This document shows, one piece after another, positions 63,029 through 64,000 of a DNA stretch of 64,000 nucleotides. Position numbers and translations under genes: made by a program. A model generated the notes under the pieces. The model had not been told where the DNA came from. It did not search any database and saw only the letters and a program-made list of their open reading frames with translations. The stretch covers positions 672,001-736,000 of the forward strand of contig CAVVLO010000001.1 in assembly GCA_963749155.1 (NCBI GenBank), in the 5' to 3' direction. Each line of letters begins with the position of its first letter. Positions within the stretch are counted from its first letter, which is position 1. This DNA is from an uncultured Armatimonadia bacterium. GTDB lineage: Bacteria > Armatimonadota > Zipacnadia > CAVVLO01.

Positions 63029-64000
63029 TTTACTCCTCTGTCAGTGGCTTGCGTATCGTAAAGGCCTTGGCGACGTTCTCGCGTAGCAATCTGTGGACGG
63101 CTGCTTCGTCTGCGCCCGCTGCGACAAGTGCCGGGACAAACTCTCGTGGCAGCCAGTCGAAAGGCGCCTGCTGGCCGCCGCGCTCCTGCTCCGACATTGT
63201 ACCAGCCGGCGTCCTGGCTAATCAGCAACTGGTCGGGCCAGCGCTCCAGTGCCTGCAGCACCAGGGGTAGCTTCGCCTCGGCGCTCTCCTTACGAAGGCC
63301 ATCGAAGGACAGCCAGGCCCCTCGCCTTGCAGCTTCTGCCCAAATATCAGGCTGCGGATCAGCATCGGCGTGCACCCAGATGAAGCGCGAGGCCGGGACT
63401 CCCTCCGCAGCCAGCACGTCCAGCACTTCCAGCGCGACCGAGGCCGTCGTCGTGTGGGAGGTGATGACAAGGCCCGTCGCCTTCGAGGTAAGCGCAGCTG
63501 CGCGCACAATCTTCCGCTGGATTGGCGTCAGTTCGTTTTCGCTTGCGGCAATCTTGATAAACCCAGGCTTGATGCCCGAAGGCTCAATACCCTCTCTGGC
63601 TTCGCGGATCCACCCCTCGGCAATCTGCTCGGCAGTGGCCTCCTCAGCCCAGGCGGGCAGGAAGGGCGCCTTGTACCAGCCGGTGTTAGTGATGAGCTTG
63701 ACGCCGCTAGCCTTCGAGAGTCGTTTCAGCAGTGCTGGATCGCGTCCAAGCCATTCAGGTGTGCACTCGAACAGCGCTTCGATGCCGGCAGACTTCAACT
63801 CGACCAGATAGGGCAGCATCACCTCGAAGACCTCATCTGCATCGTACCGGTCAGGTGAGACCTGGTCCGCGCCGACGAAGTCCACCAGCACGTGTTCGTG
63901 TTCGAGCGCAGGCCCTAGTTGCTCAGGCTTGATAGTGCCAGTCACGGTCTGGATTTTACCAACTGCTGTTTCAGATTTATCTTTGTCGCCGTTGCCAGCC
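63029..64000 (-). CDS. Phosphotriesterase-family amidohydrolase (5' end off the window, indel near 63190)
   Basis: IQTVTG, HEHVLVD, GRDP, TNTGWY, GFIKIA, SHT, WVHAD, LISQDAG; corrected end RENVAKAFTIRKPLTEE*. Confidence 0.88.

Noticed and set aside
1900..63200. About 20 frameshifted genes as pseudogenes, phase variation or programmed frameshifts
   Set aside because: Indels are spread evenly over unrelated genes and both halves keep intact motifs, which fits long-read consensus error. This cannot be settled without reads; the in-frame TAA in P1 may be real.

Overview
GC-rich bacterial chromosomal segment. The gene content (DUF1559-like prepilins, GH99-like and UroD-like families, PEP-CTERM proteins) suggests an Armatimonadota/PVC-like lineage, but this is inference. 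About 20 genes are split by single-base indels, most consistent with long-read consensus errors. Layout: (1) 1-10.9 kb, a minus-strand carbohydrate operon (GH129/101-like, two tandem GH99-like, atypical PfkA, GH38); (2) 10.9-26.8 kb, ion transport and housekeeping genes (P-type ATPase, Na/Ca antiporter, ClC, argS, CBS-DUF1385, rpmB, sensor kinase, 3D/G5 protein, rsmA, ispE, NTP transferase, tRNA-Met); (3) 26.9-53.6 kb, an accessory region; (4) 53.7-64 kb, Rrf2-hcp, a kinase/response-regulator cluster, two PEP-CTERM paralogs, a UroD-like gene and a phosphotriesterase. The most unusual locus is 30.0-37.7 kb. It holds seven pilin-like genes with a constant N-terminus (59 identical residues in four copies) and divergent heads that all keep a CxxH-X30-D[G/S] motif. 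Three copies form repeated cassettes of [pilin, Cys-rich secreted miniprotein, GC hairpin]; two miniproteins share a 10-Cys scaffold and the third is an internally deleted remnant. Two membrane-anchored CxxC thioredoxin-fold genes sit inside the array. A glutaredoxin-CcdA gene lies 5.6 kb away, and a ~110-bp copy of its promoter and 5' end sits directly after the array. This is a candidate undescribed diversifying, disulfide-dependent surface display or secretion system.
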